Assembly: GCA_029863585.1 (NCBI GenBank)
Contig: JAOTVC010000001.1
Location: forward strand, 2,704-66,703
Reading direction: 5' to 3'
Length of the DNA stretch: 64,000 bases
Origin: Alphaproteobacteria bacterium
GTDB lineage: Bacteria > Pseudomonadota > Alphaproteobacteria > SMXQ01
Part shown: piece by piece, positions 9,437 through 19,609 of the stretch
Layout: every line of letters begins with the position of its first letter
Position numbering within the stretch: the first letter of the stretch is position 1
Position numbers and translations under genes: made by a program
The notes under the pieces: generated by a model
What the model was told of the DNA's origin: nothing
Databases searched by the model: none
What the model saw: the letters and a program-made list of their open reading frames with translations, nothing else

Positions 9437-10651
9437 TCAACAGGGGGGCACGTGGCCGGACGTGAAGTGCACCATCAGCACCACCTTGAACCAGTGCGTC
9501 CAGTCCTCGGGGCTGGAGAGCGGCGCAAGCTCGATGGCCGGATCGGAAAAGACAGGCTTGGCGCTGAGCGCGGCGCGCACCGGCCCGCGTCCCGGGCGGG
9601 TGAGGGTGAGCGTCACCCGGACGCCCTCGATCTCGACGAACACCGCGTGGGGGCGTCCCTCCCGGCTCCATTCGAAACGCCAGCCGGCGGCGTCTCTCCT
9701 CCCTTCGCCGAGCACCACGGGTGTGACGAACCTCGCTTCGCGGCCGTGGAGAAGGGTCTGAAACACGCCCACGGCGAACAGGCGCTCATCCTCCCGCCAC
9801 AGCCAGACCTGGCGCACGTCGGCATGGGCGCGGCTGCAGGCGACGGCGGCGAAACGGCCGAGATAGGAAAGGCGCCGGGGCTTTGATGCCGCGGGGATCG
9901 GCGGCGGCGCGCGCACCATGTCGACCGACTTTCCCCTGGTTTCGAGGCGCAGGCCTTGGGGCCCGGACCGGGTTATGCGCACCCGCCAGGGTTCGCCGAT
10001 ATTGGGCTTGAGCTCCGCTTGCCAGGCCAGACCGCCCGGCCCGCCGCCCGCGAGCGTGAGCGGCGTTCCGCCGGGGCCGACGGCACATTCGGTGCCGGAG
10101 CAGCGATAGAACAGCCAGGCCCGCCCCCGGGCATTGACGATCAGACGGGGATAGGCGGCCTTGTCCTCCCCCTGCCAGTGGCCGATCGGCAGGTCCGGCT
10201 TGTCATCGGCGGCGAAGGGCCCGAAGACCCGCTCGAAGGTCTCCCGGTCGCGGAACTTGGCCTCGAACAGGAGGGCGTTGCGGGCGTTGAAGTTGGCGGT
10301 GAGGCGCGCGCCCTCGCGGCCCGCCTGGACGATCTCGTATCCCATGCCGAGGGCGATCACGCTGAGTGCCGCGCCGAGGGCGCCGCCGGTCTTGCGCCAG
10401 CCCCTCAGGAACAGTTGGCCGGCGGCGACCACATGCAGGCCGCCCAGGATGACGGTGATCAGGAAGATATCGATGCGGATGGCTTCCCGGGTGAAAAAGG
10501 TCATCCGCACTTCGTGCGCGACGGCCAAGATCCCGAGGCCGATGGTCAGCCATAGAGTGATCCGCGCGCCGCCGGAGATGCGGACCGCGGGGACCAGCAA
10601 AACCAGCCACAGGGCAAGCAGTGCGTAATAAAGGCCGAGCGCCAGGGTCAT
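9437..10651 (-). CDS. hypothetical membrane protein (4 N-terminal TM helices plus ~270-aa soluble domain)
   Basis: Good G/C third-position bias. Start placed at the internal ATG (MTLALGLYYALLALWLVLL), which begins the first hydrophobic helix. No family recognised. Confidence 0.55.
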   Translation of the reverse strand: MTLALGLYYALLALWLVLLVPAVRISGGARITLWLTIGLGILAVAHEVRMTFFTREAIRIDIFLITVILGGLHVVAAGQLFLRGWRKTGGALGAALSVIALGMGYEIVQAGREGARLTANFNARNALLFEAKFRDRETFERVFGPFAADDKPDLPIGHWQGEDKAAYPRLIVNARGRAWLFYRCSGTECAVGPGGTPLTLAGGGPGGLAWQAELKPNIGEPWRVRITRSGPQGLRLETRGKSVDMVRAPPPIPAASKPRRLSYLGRFAAVACSRAHADVRQVWLWREDERLFAVGVFQTLLHGREARFVTPVVLGEGRRDAAGWRFEWSREGRPHAVFVEIEGVRVTLTLTRPGRGPVRAALSAKPVFSDPAIELAPLSSPEDWTHWFKVVLMVHFTSGHVPPC

Positions 10652-10771
10652 GACGCAGTCTAGCAACCCTGACGACCGCGCACCATTCGCCGTGGGACCG
10701 GGGCTTGAATGGGACCGCGCCGCTATCCTCGCCATCCTGACGGATGGCGGCCGGACGCCTAACGCGACGCT

Positions 10772-11554
10772 CTAGAAATAAGGATAGCTGTTGTGGATCA
10801 GCTTCGGCACGGTCAGGCCGACCTCTTCGATGCGCCTGATCCCGTCGATTGTGAAGGCCCGGCGCCGGTCCTCGTTGGAGCGGAACTTGAGGCCGAGGCG
10901 CAGGTAGGTGTCGTGGTGACGGCTCTTGGACGGGCCGTACATGTTGAGCGCGAAGCGCCACCACTTGTTCAGGGCCCGCTGCAGCGGCTGGGTCCCGAGC
11001 TTCTCCATCTGGGTCGCCAGGAACTCCATGCCGAGATCGGCGTGGCGTTCTTCCTCCTCCAGGCTGGCCTGCACCGCCCGGGCCCAGGGCGCGTAACTGG
11101 AGCGGGCGTAATCCTCCAGCATGTAATAGGCCGCCCGGTCGATCAGGAAAGTCGACATCACGATGTCGGTCCAACGCATGACCGGCACGAAGCATCGGCA
11201 GAGCGGGTAGAAATGGTGGAAGCTCTGATAGCTCGGCGCCTCGTCCCAGGGCACGCCGAGATCGCTCATCAGCTCAACCACGGTGCGCCAATGGGACAGT
11301 TCCTCGGTCACGATTTCGCCGATGATGCGCCGTTCCTCGATCCCGGGGGCCCGGTTGATCCAGGGCGCATAGGTGTTCGACGCATGGCGTTCGCCATAGG
11401 CCTGGTTCGCCATCAGCCGGAGCAGCGTGGCGCGGTATTCCTCGGTCATCGGACTGTCGAGGTCGACGCTTTCCGGCGGATACTCGCAATATGATGGAAC
11501 CTGAAGGCTTTGGCCGGCCGCGTCCATTCGTTCCACTGTCCTTTCAGAGGCCAC
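10772..11554 (-). CDS. ferritin-like diiron protein, PaaA/PaaC (phenylacetate-CoA oxygenase) family-like
   Basis: 260-aa ORF with two ExxH motifs spaced as in diiron carboxylate proteins (VTEELSHW and LEEEERHADLG). Last gene of the oxc-frc string on the same strand. The exact start is uncertain (ATG 11554 or 11527). Confidence 0.6.
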   Translation of the reverse strand: MASERTVERMDAAGQSLQVPSYCEYPPESVDLDSPMTEEYRATLLRLMANQAYGERHASNTYAPWINRAPGIEERRIIGEIVTEELSHWRTVVELMSDLGVPWDEAPSYQSFHHFYPLCRCFVPVMRWTDIVMSTFLIDRAAYYMLEDYARSSYAPWARAVQASLEEEERHADLGMEFLATQMEKLGTQPLQRALNKWWRFALNMYGPSKSRHHDTYLRLGLKFRSNEDRRRAFTIDGIRRIEEVGLTVPKLIHNSYPYF

Positions 11555-11670
11555 TCGTCGCTCCCCGTCTTGCGATCCCTTTTAGCATATGGGGCGTCTC
11601 TGCAAAGGATTTCCTTGCAATTTGCCTTAACTCGAAGCGCTCGGGGAAGAAGGGATCGATCAACCGATGG

Positions 11671-13803
11671 TTAAAGCAGCCCGGCATTCCGCGCCCAGCG
11701 GTACTTGGCGCCCAGAACTTCCACCGGCACTTCCGTGGTGTATGGGTAGGCCACCACGCCGCGCTCGTAAAGGTATTCCGATGCCTCTTCGACCTCGGTA
11801 TCCCCCACCAGGGAGGCGACGATGGGCTTGTCGATGCCCTTGGCCCGGCATTCCTCGACCACCTCGGCGGTGAGCTTGGCGAACACCATGGGCGGCGTGA
11901 TGATGGTATGCCAATAGCCCAGGATCAGGGCGTGGATGCGGTCGTCTTCCAGCCCCAGGCGGATGGTGTTCTGGTAAGTCGTGGGCGGTTCGCCGCCGGT
12001 GATGTCCACCGGGTTGCCCGAGGCGCCGAAGGGCGGGATGAATTGCTTGAAGGCCTCGTCCAGGTCGGGCGGGAATTTCATCAGGCTGAGCCCGTTGTCC
12101 GCGCAGGCGTCGGACAGCAGCACGCCGGAGCCGCCGGCGCCGGTGATGATGACCACGTTCTCGCCCTTGGGCGTCGGCAGCACCTGCAGGCTGCGGGCGT
12201 ATTCGAGCATCGAACGCAGGCTGGGGGCGCGGATGACGCCGGATTCGCGCAGCACGTCGTCATAGATCTTGTCGTTGCCGGCCAGGGCCCCGGTGTGGGA
12301 GGCCGCAGCCCGGGCCCCGTAGGCGGTCCGCCCGGCCTTCAGCATGATCACCGGCTTCTCCTTGGAGACCCGCTTGGCGACCTCGGCGAAACTGCGCCCG
12401 TCCTTGAGGTCCTCGGCATGCATGGCGATGACCTGGGTGTTCGGGTCCTGTTCGAAATAAGTGAGGAGATCGTCCTCGTCGAGATCCGACTTGTTGCCGA
12501 GCCCGACGATCGCCGACACCCCCATCTTGGTGGACCGCGCGAAGCCGATGATCGACATGCCGACGCCGCCGGACTGCGACGACAGGGCCGTCTTGCCGCG
12601 GACGTCGAAGGCGGTGCAGAAGGTCGCGCAAAGGTTCTCCGGCGTGTAGTAGAAGCCGTAGATGTTGGGGCCCATGATGCGCACACCGTGCTTGCGGGCG
12701 GTGGCGACCAGTTCGTTCTGGAGATCGATTTCCCCGACCTCGCCGAAGCCCGACGGAATCATCACCGCGCCGGGGATGCCTTTCCGGCCGACCTCTTCCA
12801 TGGCGCCGTTGCAGAACTTGGACGGGATCGCGAATACCGCCAGATCGACCGGGCCTGGGATGTCGAGAACGCTGGCATAGACCTTCTTGCCGAGGATCTC
12901 CTCCGCCTTGGGGTGGACCGGGTGGATTTCGCCTTTGAACCCGCCGTTGATCAGGTTCTTCATCACCGAATTGCCGATCTTGCCGTCCTCGGCCGAGGCG
13001 CCGATCACGGCGACGGATTTGGGATGGAAGATCCGGTTCATGGCCGTGAGGATCTCTTCCTGGGACGGCCGGAACACTTCCTTGGGCGGGGCGAAATCGA
13101 CGGTGATCAGGGCATCCACGGCGGTGGCCCCGCCGGGGGTTGCGAACACCGGGTTGAGATCCATTTCCTGGATTTCCGGGAAATCGCTGATCAGGTTCGA
13201 GACTTTGGAGATGATTGCGGCGATCGCGTCCTTGTCGACCGCTTCGGCGCCGCGCACGCCGTCCAGCACCTCGGCGGCGGCGATGGACTGAAGCATGCCG
13301 CGCGCCTCCGCTTGCGAGGCCGGCGCCAGGTGGAAGGTGATGTCCTTGAGGACCTCGACCAGGATGCCGCCAAGGCCGAAGGCCACCAACTTGCCGAAGC
13401 TGGGGTCGGTGACGGCGCCGATGATGACCTCCTGGGCGCCCGCTGGGCCCATCTCCTGCACCTGGACCCCGTCGATCGCGGCGTCCGGCTTATGGGCCCT
13501 GGCGGCGGCGACGATCTCGTCATAGGCGGCGGCGGCTTCGCCCGCGTCCTTGACGCCGATCTTCACGCCGCCGGCCTCGGTCTTGTGCAGGATGTCGGCC
13601 GACACGATCTTCATGACCACCGGAAAGCCGATGCCGCCGGCAATCTCCGCCGCCTCGGGCGCGGACGTGGCGATCCCCTCGGCCGGCAGCGGAATGCCAT
13701 AGGCGTCGCAGACGGCCTTGGCTTCCGGCGCGGTCAGGCTGGTTCGCCCCGCGGCCTTGACCTTGTCCAGGACGCTGCGGACGGCTGCTTTGTCTGAACT
13801 CAT
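11671..13803 (-). CDS. ADP-forming (NDP-forming) acyl-CoA synthetase, fused ATP-grasp then CoA-binding/ligase domains
   Basis: The N-terminal ATP-grasp part reads APEAKAVCDAYGIPLP...GFPVVMKIVSADILHKTEAGGVKIGV. It is followed by the CoA-binding PKSVAVIGASAEDGKIGNSVMKNL and the phospho-His loop AASHTGALAGND. Start set at ATG 13803 (MSSDKAAV), preceded by GGGGGAGGA. Confidence 0.85.
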   Translation of the reverse strand: MSSDKAAVRSVLDKVKAAGRTSLTAPEAKAVCDAYGIPLPAEGIATSAPEAAEIAGGIGFPVVMKIVSADILHKTEAGGVKIGVKDAGEAAAAYDEIVAAARAHKPDAAIDGVQVQEMGPAGAQEVIIGAVTDPSFGKLVAFGLGGILVEVLKDITFHLAPASQAEARGMLQSIAAAEVLDGVRGAEAVDKDAIAAIISKVSNLISDFPEIQEMDLNPVFATPGGATAVDALITVDFAPPKEVFRPSQEEILTAMNRIFHPKSVAVIGASAEDGKIGNSVMKNLINGGFKGEIHPVHPKAEEILGKKVYASVLDIPGPVDLAVFAIPSKFCNGAMEEVGRKGIPGAVMIPSGFGEVGEIDLQNELVATARKHGVRIMGPNIYGFYYTPENLCATFCTAFDVRGKTALSSQSGGVGMSIIGFARSTKMGVSAIVGLGNKSDLDEDDLLTYFEQDPNTQVIAMHAEDLKDGRSFAEVAKRVSKEKPVIMLKAGRTAYGARAAASHTGALAGNDKIYDDVLRESGVIRAPSLRSMLEYARSLQVLPTPKGENVVIITGAGGSGVLLSDACADNGLSLMKFPPDLDEAFKQFIPPFGASGNPVDITGGEPPTTYQNTIRLGLEDDRIHALILGYWHTIITPPMVFAKLTAEVVEECRAKGIDKPIVASLVGDTEVEEASEYLYERGVVAYPYTTEVPVEVLGAKYRWARNAGLL

Positions 13804-13902
13804 GATGTCCTCCCCCAAGAATGTCGGCCCAACCAGGTTTGGCCTTCGATGTGATTGACTGGGTTTCCGGCGGGCGGCCGATGCGGGCCGCCCCACCGCG
13901 GT

Positions 13903-15156
13903 CTATTCGCCGATGGCGCCGGATTTCCTGATCTCCTCAATCTCGTCCGCGCCGTAGTCCAAGACCTGCTGCAGGATCTCTTCCGTATGTTCGCCGAGAA
14001 GCGGCGAGCGGGTGACTTCGGCAGGCGAATCCGAAAGCTTCACGGGATTGCCGACGGTTAGGTACTTGCCCCGGGTCGGATGGTCGACTTCGACGATGGT
14101 GCCGGTGTCGCGCAGGGCCTGCTCCTCGGCCAGCTCCTTCATGGACAGGATCGGCCCGCAGGGAATGTCCAGCGGGTTGCAGATCTCCATGACCTCGAAC
14201 TTGGTCTTGGTCTTGGTCCATTCCTCGATGGTGTCGAAGATGTGGGTGAGCTTGTTCAGCCGGGCGTTGGGCTTGGCGTATTCTGGGTCTTCCTTCCATT
14301 CCGGCTTGCCGATGACGTCGCAGATGTTGCCCCAGATCGGCGCCTGGGTGATGAAGTAGATATAGGCGTTGGGATCGGTCTCGTAGCCCTTGCATTTGAG
14401 GATCCAGCCGGGCTGGCCGCCGCCGGAATCGTTGCCGGCGCGCGGCGTGGCGTCGCCGAAGGGGATGTCCTGGCCGTACTGGCTGTATTCGGTAAGCGGC
14501 CCGTGGGCGAGGCGCTGCTGGTCGCGCAGCTTGACCCGGCACAGGTTCAGCACGCCGTCCTGCATGGCGGCCTGAACGCGCTGGCCCCTGCCCGAGCGTT
14601 CGCGATGGTACAGCGCCGTGACGATGCCGAGCGCCAGGTGCAGGCCGGTGCCCGAATCGCCGATCTGGGCGCCAGTGACCAGAGGCGGCCCGTCCAGGAA
14701 GCCGGTGGTTGAGGCGGCGCCGCCGGCGCATTGCGCGACGTTCTCATAGACCTTGCAGTCCTCATAGGGCCCGGGGCCGAAGCCCTTGATCGAGGCGTAG
14801 ATCATCCGGGGATTGATCTCCTGGATGCGGTCCCAGCCGAAACCCATGCGGTCGAGCGCGCCGGGGGCGAAATTCTCCACCAGCACGTCGCAGGTCTTGA
14901 CCAGGCGCTCCAGCACCTCCTTGCCCTTCTCATTCTTGGTGTTCAGCGTGATCGAGCGCTTGTTGTGGTTGAGCATGGTGAAATAGAGCGAATCGACATC
15001 GGGGATGTCGCGCAGCTGGCCGCGGGTGATGTCGCCGATGCCGGGCCGCTCCACCTTGATGACGTCGGCTCCGAACCAGGCCAGCAGCTGGGTGCAGGTC
15101 GGACCCGATTGGACATGGGTGAAGTCCAGGATTCTGACGTCTTTTAGTGCTTCCAT
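13903..15156 (-). CDS. frc: formyl-CoA:oxalate CoA-transferase
   Basis: 417-aa [66 protein letters not shown] matches the Frc/YfdW N-terminus almost residue for residue, from memory. Adjacent to oxc. Confidence 0.93.
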   Translation of the reverse strand: MEALKDVRILDFTHVQSGPTCTQLLAWFGADVIKVERPGIGDITRGQLRDIPDVDSLYFTMLNHNKRSITLNTKNEKGKEVLERLVKTCDVLVENFAPGALDRMGFGWDRIQEINPRMIYASIKGFGPGPYEDCKVYENVAQCAGGAASTTGFLDGPPLVTGAQIGDSGTGLHLALGIVTALYHRERSGRGQRVQAAMQDGVLNLCRVKLRDQQRLAHGPLTEYSQYGQDIPFGDATPRAGNDSGGGQPGWILKCKGYETDPNAYIYFITQAPIWGNICDVIGKPEWKEDPEYAKPNARLNKLTHIFDTIEEWTKTKTKFEVMEICNPLDIPCGPILSMKELAEEQALRDTGTIVEVDHPTRGKYLTVGNPVKLSDSPAEVTRSPLLGEHTEEILQQVLDYGADEIEEIRKSGAIGE

Positions 15157-15199
15157 TCGATGCTCCCTTCAGGGACCCGGCTCGATTGACAGGGTTCAC

Positions 15200-16930
15200 T
15201 CATTTCTTCGCGACGACGCTCTGCGGATTGAGGTTGCCGATGCGCCCGCTTTCGGTGCCGGCCTGCTCGTCGATGATGGCGTTGACGAGGGTCGGTTTTC
15301 CCGACTCCAGGGCTTCGATCACCGCGCGCGTCAGTTCGTCGGGGCTGGTGGCATAGACGCCCCTGCCGCCGAAGGCCTCCATCATCAGCTCGTAGCGCGC
15401 ATCCTTGACGAATACCGTGGGCGCCACATCGGGACCCCCGGTCGGGTTGACATCGGTGCCCCGGTAGATGCCGTTGTTGTTGAAGACCACGATGCAGACC
15501 GGGAGGTTGTAACGGCAGATCGTCTCGATCTCCATGCCGGAAAAGCCAAAGGCGCTGTCCCCTTCGACGGCCAGGACCGGCTTTCCGGTTTCGATCGCGG
15601 CTGCAACGGCGAAGCCCATGCCGATGCCCATGACCCCCCAAGTGCCGACGTCGAGGCGCTTGCGCGGCTGATAGATGTCTATGATGGAACGGGCGAAGTC
15701 GAGCGTGTTGGCGCCCTCGTTGACCAGCACCGTGTCCGGGCGATCCTTGATGATCCGGCGCAGCGCGCCGAGCGCACCGTGATAGTCCATGGGCACATTG
15801 TTGTTTTGCAGGCGCGGCGCCATGCGCTCGACATTGCTTGCGACCTTCTCCGTGACCTCGCCGGTCCAATCGGAGGGCGGCGCGTCCCAGTTGTCGCCCA
15901 TCGCTTCGAGAAGCGCGGAAACGCAAGAGCCGATGTCGCCCACCACCGGCGCCGCGATCTCGACATTGGAGTCCATCTCCCTGGGCTCGATGTCGATCTG
16001 GATGAACTGCTTTGAATGCGGCGGCCCCCATGCCTTGCCCTTGCCGTGCGACAGGAGCCAATTGAGGCGCGCGCCGATCATCATCACGACGTCGGACTTC
16101 TGCAGGACCAACGAGCGCGCCGCGGCCGCCGACTGGGGATGGGTGTCGGGCAAAAGGCCCTTCGCCATGCTCATGGGCAGATAGGGAATGCCGCTCTTCT
16201 CGACAAGGCCGCGAATTTCCGCATCGGCCTGCGCATAGGCGGCCCCCTTGCCGAGAATGATCAGCGGCCGCTTGGCGCTCTTTAGAAGATCAAGCGCGCG
16301 GGCGACCGCGCCGGCCGAGGGGATCTGGGGCGGCGCCGGATCGATGACCTCGACGAGCGATTTCCGGCCCGCCTCCGCATCCATGGTCTGGCCCAGGAGC
16401 TTGCCCGGAAGATCGAGATACACGCCCCCCGGTCGGCCCGACAGCGCGGCGCGGATGGCGCGCGCTACGCCGATGCCGATGTCCTCGGCGTGAAGAATGC
16501 GGAAAGCCGCCTTGCAGAGCGGCTTGGCGATCGCGAGCTGGTCCATCTCTTCATAGTCGCCCTGCTGCAGATCGATGATCTCGCGCTCGGACGAACCCGA
16601 CATCAGGATCATCGGGAAGCAGTTGGTAGTCGCGTTGGCCAGCGCCGTCAGGCCGTTCAGGAAGCCCGGGGCCGAGACCGTGAGGCAGAGACCCGGTTTC
16701 TTGGAGAGAAAGCCCGCCATCGCCGCGGCATTGCCGGCGTGCTGCTCGTGACGGAACGATATCACGCGCATCCCTGCCGCCTGCGCGAAGCGCCCCAAAT
16801 CGGTGATCGGAATGCCCGGCACCGTGTAGATCGTGTCCAGACCATTGAGCTTCAGTGCGTCGATGATCAGGTGGAAGCCGTCGGTCAAGTCGTGGGGCTC
16901 CACTTCCGTAACGGTCTCGAGTTCTGTCAT
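15200..16930 (-). CDS. oxc: oxalyl-CoA decarboxylase (ThDP-dependent)
   Basis: 576-aa ORF with [39 protein letters not shown] and the ThDP motif [22 protein letters not shown]...NNNGIY. Located immediately upstream of frc. Confidence 0.93.
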   Translation of the reverse strand: MTELETVTEVEPHDLTDGFHLIIDALKLNGLDTIYTVPGIPITDLGRFAQAAGMRVISFRHEQHAGNAAAMAGFLSKKPGLCLTVSAPGFLNGLTALANATTNCFPMILMSGSSEREIIDLQQGDYEEMDQLAIAKPLCKAAFRILHAEDIGIGVARAIRAALSGRPGGVYLDLPGKLLGQTMDAEAGRKSLVEVIDPAPPQIPSAGAVARALDLLKSAKRPLIILGKGAAYAQADAEIRGLVEKSGIPYLPMSMAKGLLPDTHPQSAAAARSLVLQKSDVVMMIGARLNWLLSHGKGKAWGPPHSKQFIQIDIEPREMDSNVEIAAPVVGDIGSCVSALLEAMGDNWDAPPSDWTGEVTEKVASNVERMAPRLQNNNVPMDYHGALGALRRIIKDRPDTVLVNEGANTLDFARSIIDIYQPRKRLDVGTWGVMGIGMGFAVAAAIETGKPVLAVEGDSAFGFSGMEIETICRYNLPVCIVVFNNNGIYRGTDVNPTGGPDVAPTVFVKDARYELMMEAFGGRGVYATSPDELTRAVIEALESGKPTLVNAIIDEQAGTESGRIGNLNPQSVVAKK

Positions 16931-16978
16931 GGGGCTCTCCCTTACGGGACCGCTGCGGTCCCGGAATTCCTTGGTCGT

Positions 16979-17665
16979 TCAGTCGAGTTCGACATGGCGC
17001 GCCACATGGTCGCGCAGTTTCAGGGTGTGCTCGCGCACCAAACGTTCGGCCCGTTCGGTGTCCCGCGCCTCCAGGGCGTCGACGATGGCGAGGTGATCCT
17101 CGATCGAGCGCTTGGCGCGGTCCTCTTCGAAAATGGTGCGTGCCCGGATGGCCCGGACATGCATGAACAGGCGGTCGGTGATCTCGGCGATCAGCTGGCA
17201 TTTCGACAGCGAGATGATCGCCTGATGGAAGGAAATATTGGTTTCGGAATAATCATCGATATGGCCGTTGACCGCCTCGGTGTCGTAGACGCTCAGCATG
17301 CGGCGCAGGCCGGCAATCTCCGCGTCCCCGGCCTCGGTGGTGATCAGCCGCGCCGCCATGCTTTCCAGCGCCGCCCACACCGTGATCATGTCGAGAATTT
17401 CCTGCTTCGACTTGCGTCGGATGTAGATGCCGCGGCGCGGCTCGATGCGCACCAGCCCTTCCTGGTCGAGGCGCACCAGGGCTTCGCGCAGCGGCGTGCG
17501 GCTGATGCCCAACTGTTCCGACAGGCTGCGTTCGTCGAGACGGAGCTCCGCGTCGTCGTCGTAGATGTTCATGGTGGTGATGGCGGCTTTCAGCTCGTCG
17601 TAAATCCGCGCCTTGAGGCTGAAGTTCTCGCCGATCGGCTGAATTCGTAAGACGGTTTCGTTCAT
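16979..17665 (-). CDS. GntR-family transcriptional regulator (FadR/FCD subfamily)
   Basis: The winged-helix part is RLDERSLSEQLGISRTPLREALVRLDQEGLV, followed by a helical FCD-like C-terminal domain. Start set at ATG 17665 (MNETVLRI); the longer ORF-track N-terminus is Arg/Pro-rich junk. Confidence 0.85.
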   Translation of the reverse strand: MNETVLRIQPIGENFSLKARIYDELKAAITTMNIYDDDAELRLDERSLSEQLGISRTPLREALVRLDQEGLVRIEPRRGIYIRRKSKQEILDMITVWAALESMAARLITTEAGDAEIAGLRRMLSVYDTEAVNGHIDDYSETNISFHQAIISLSKCQLIAEITDRLFMHVRAIRARTIFEEDRAKRSIEDHLAIVDALEARDTERAERLVREHTLKLRDHVARHVELD

Positions 17666-17892
17666 GATCTTTTTCTTCTTGGTCCCTGTGTCCTCGTGAC
17701 CCGGAGACGGGCGTCTCCTGGTTCCTGTTGCGGCGGGGTGAAGCGGAAAGCGGTCCCGCGACTGGGACCGGCGGCCGACAACGCGCCCGGCCCGGCCTGG
17801 CGCGCCGCGATTCGTCGCCCCGACCCGCCGATCCGCGTTTGACTGTGTTTCCCGGCCGCCCAATAGCGGGTGGATCGGACCTGGGAGAAATC

Positions 17893-17909
17893 TGGTATAC
17901 AATATACCA
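17893..17909. promoter_or_regulatory. candidate GntR/FadR-type operator upstream of the gntR-oxc-frc string
   Basis: TGGTATA-CAA-TATACCA, with 7-bp inverted arms, lies 228 nt upstream of the regulator start. The core TGGTATAC recurs at 21339-21350. Confidence 0.55.
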
Positions 17910-18013
17910 AGGCACCCAACCCTTCAATCGCGGATGCCGGGCGGACGCCTGCAAGCGGCGGAAAGAAGCGCGGTTCAGGCCGGCAGCGATGATCGGCTTC
18001 GGGGCGCATCACA

Positions 18014-19522
18014 TCATGCCTTGACGGATTTGCGCTTTTGCATGGCCTTGATCAGCGGCCAGAGGAGCAACACGATGGCGATCGCCAGGATGGAGCCCGA
18101 GATCGGGCGGCTGACGAAGATATCGAACCCGCCCTGGTTCATGATCAGGGACTGGCGCATGCTGGCTTCGGCAAGGGGGCCGAGCACGATCGCCAGCACC
18201 GCCGGTGCCAGGGGATAATCGAGCTTGCGCATGAGATAGCCGACGACCCCGAAGATCAGCATCAGCCAGACGTCGTGCATGTCCTTGGTCGGCGCGTAGC
18301 CGCCCACCACGCACAGCACGTAGATCACCGGGGCCAGGATCGTGAAGGGCATCCGCAGCACCGCGATGAAGGCCGGAATGAAGGCGATGTTGATCAGAAG
18401 CGCGAACAGATTGGCGGCATATAGGCTGGCAATCAGGCCCCACACGAAATCCTGGTGGTCGAGGAACAGGCGGGGGCCCGGCTCCAGCCCCCAGATCACC
18501 ATTCCGCCGAGCAGGATCGCGGTGGTGGGCGAGCCGGGGATGCCGAGGGTCAGCATCGGCAGCATGGAGCCGGTGCTGGCTGCGTTGTTGGCCGCTTCCG
18601 GGGCCACCACGCCCTTGATATTGCCCTTGCCGAAGGTCTCGGGCTCCTTGTCCATGGTCTTGGCGACGCCGTAGGCCATCAGCGAACCCGGGGTCGCCCC
18701 CGCCGCCGGCAGGATGCCGACGAAGTAGCCCAGGAAGGAGCCCATCAGCATCTGGCGGATGCTGCCCTTGAGCTGCCTGACCGTGTCCAGGATGCGCCGG
18801 AGGGAAACCTCGGCCTTGGTGATCACCATCTTGCCCTTGGATTGTTCGATCACCCAGAGCATCTCGCCGATGCCGTAGATGCCGATGGCCAGCACCAGGA
18901 AATTGATGCCGTGATAGAAGCCGGGCAGATCGAAGAAGATCAGCCGCGGCTTGCCGCTGACGATGTCGAGCCCTACGGTGCTCAGGGCCAGGCCGATCAT
19001 GATGGAGAACAGGGTCTTGGGGATGTCGTCGCTGCCGAGCCCGACGAAGGTGGCGAAGGCCAGGATCATCAGGGTGAATTCCTCCGGCGGGCCGAACTTC
19101 AACGCGACATCGGCGAGCGGCGGCGCGAACAGGGTGAACAGCACCACGGAAATGGTGCCGCCGACGAAGCTGGCGGTGGCCGCGGCGACAAGCGCCCGAT
19201 CGGCTTCCCCTTTGAGCGCCATGGGGCGGCCGTCGAAGGTTGTCGCCACCGCGGTCGAGGCGCCGGGAATGCCCAGCATGATGGAGCTGATGGCGCCGCC
19301 ATACATGGCGCCGTAATAGAGCGCGCCGAGAAAGATGATGGCGCCGGTGGGCGGCACCAGGAAGGTCAGCGGCAGCAGGATGGCGACGCCGTTGACCGAG
19401 CCCAAACCCGGCATCGCCCCGATGAACAGGCCGGCGACGCAGCCCGCCGCCACCAGAAGCAGATTCTGCCATTGCAGGGCGACGGCGAAACCATCGAGCA
19501 GATGATTGAAAATATCGATCAT
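18014..19522 (-). CDS. tctA: tripartite tricarboxylate transporter large permease
   Basis: 502-aa polytopic ORF starting MIDIFNHLLDGFAVAL, with GAMPGLGSVNGVAILLPLTF and GIPGSPTTAILLGG, typical of TctA. Confidence 0.9.
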   Translation of the reverse strand: MIDIFNHLLDGFAVALQWQNLLLVAAGCVAGLFIGAMPGLGSVNGVAILLPLTFLVPPTGAIIFLGALYYGAMYGGAISSIMLGIPGASTAVATTFDGRPMALKGEADRALVAAATASFVGGTISVVLFTLFAPPLADVALKFGPPEEFTLMILAFATFVGLGSDDIPKTLFSIMIGLALSTVGLDIVSGKPRLIFFDLPGFYHGINFLVLAIGIYGIGEMLWVIEQSKGKMVITKAEVSLRRILDTVRQLKGSIRQMLMGSFLGYFVGILPAAGATPGSLMAYGVAKTMDKEPETFGKGNIKGVVAPEAANNAASTGSMLPMLTLGIPGSPTTAILLGGMVIWGLEPGPRLFLDHQDFVWGLIASLYAANLFALLINIAFIPAFIAVLRMPFTILAPVIYVLCVVGGYAPTKDMHDVWLMLIFGVVGYLMRKLDYPLAPAVLAIVLGPLAEASMRQSLIMNQGGFDIFVSRPISGSILAIAIVLLLWPLIKAMQKRKSVKA

Positions 19523-19609
19523 GATCCGCGATCCAAGCTGGCGACCCGATGCCGTTTGCCGCCCTGGGGCCCGTGGAGAACCGGCTCCGGCCGGCCGCCG
19601 CGGGGACGG

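Noticed and set aside
11491-13797. 768-aa plus-strand ORF antisense to the acyl-CoA synthetase gene. Similar long shadow ORFs occur at 2342-3664, 8292-9671, 15144-16061, 16490-17650, 18455-19786, 48997-51333 and 62227-63963.
   Set aside because: Their translations are low-complexity Arg/Gly/Asp/His/Pro-rich strings without motifs. Each lies opposite a gene with clear family signatures. Long antisense ORFs are expected in DNA this G+C-rich.
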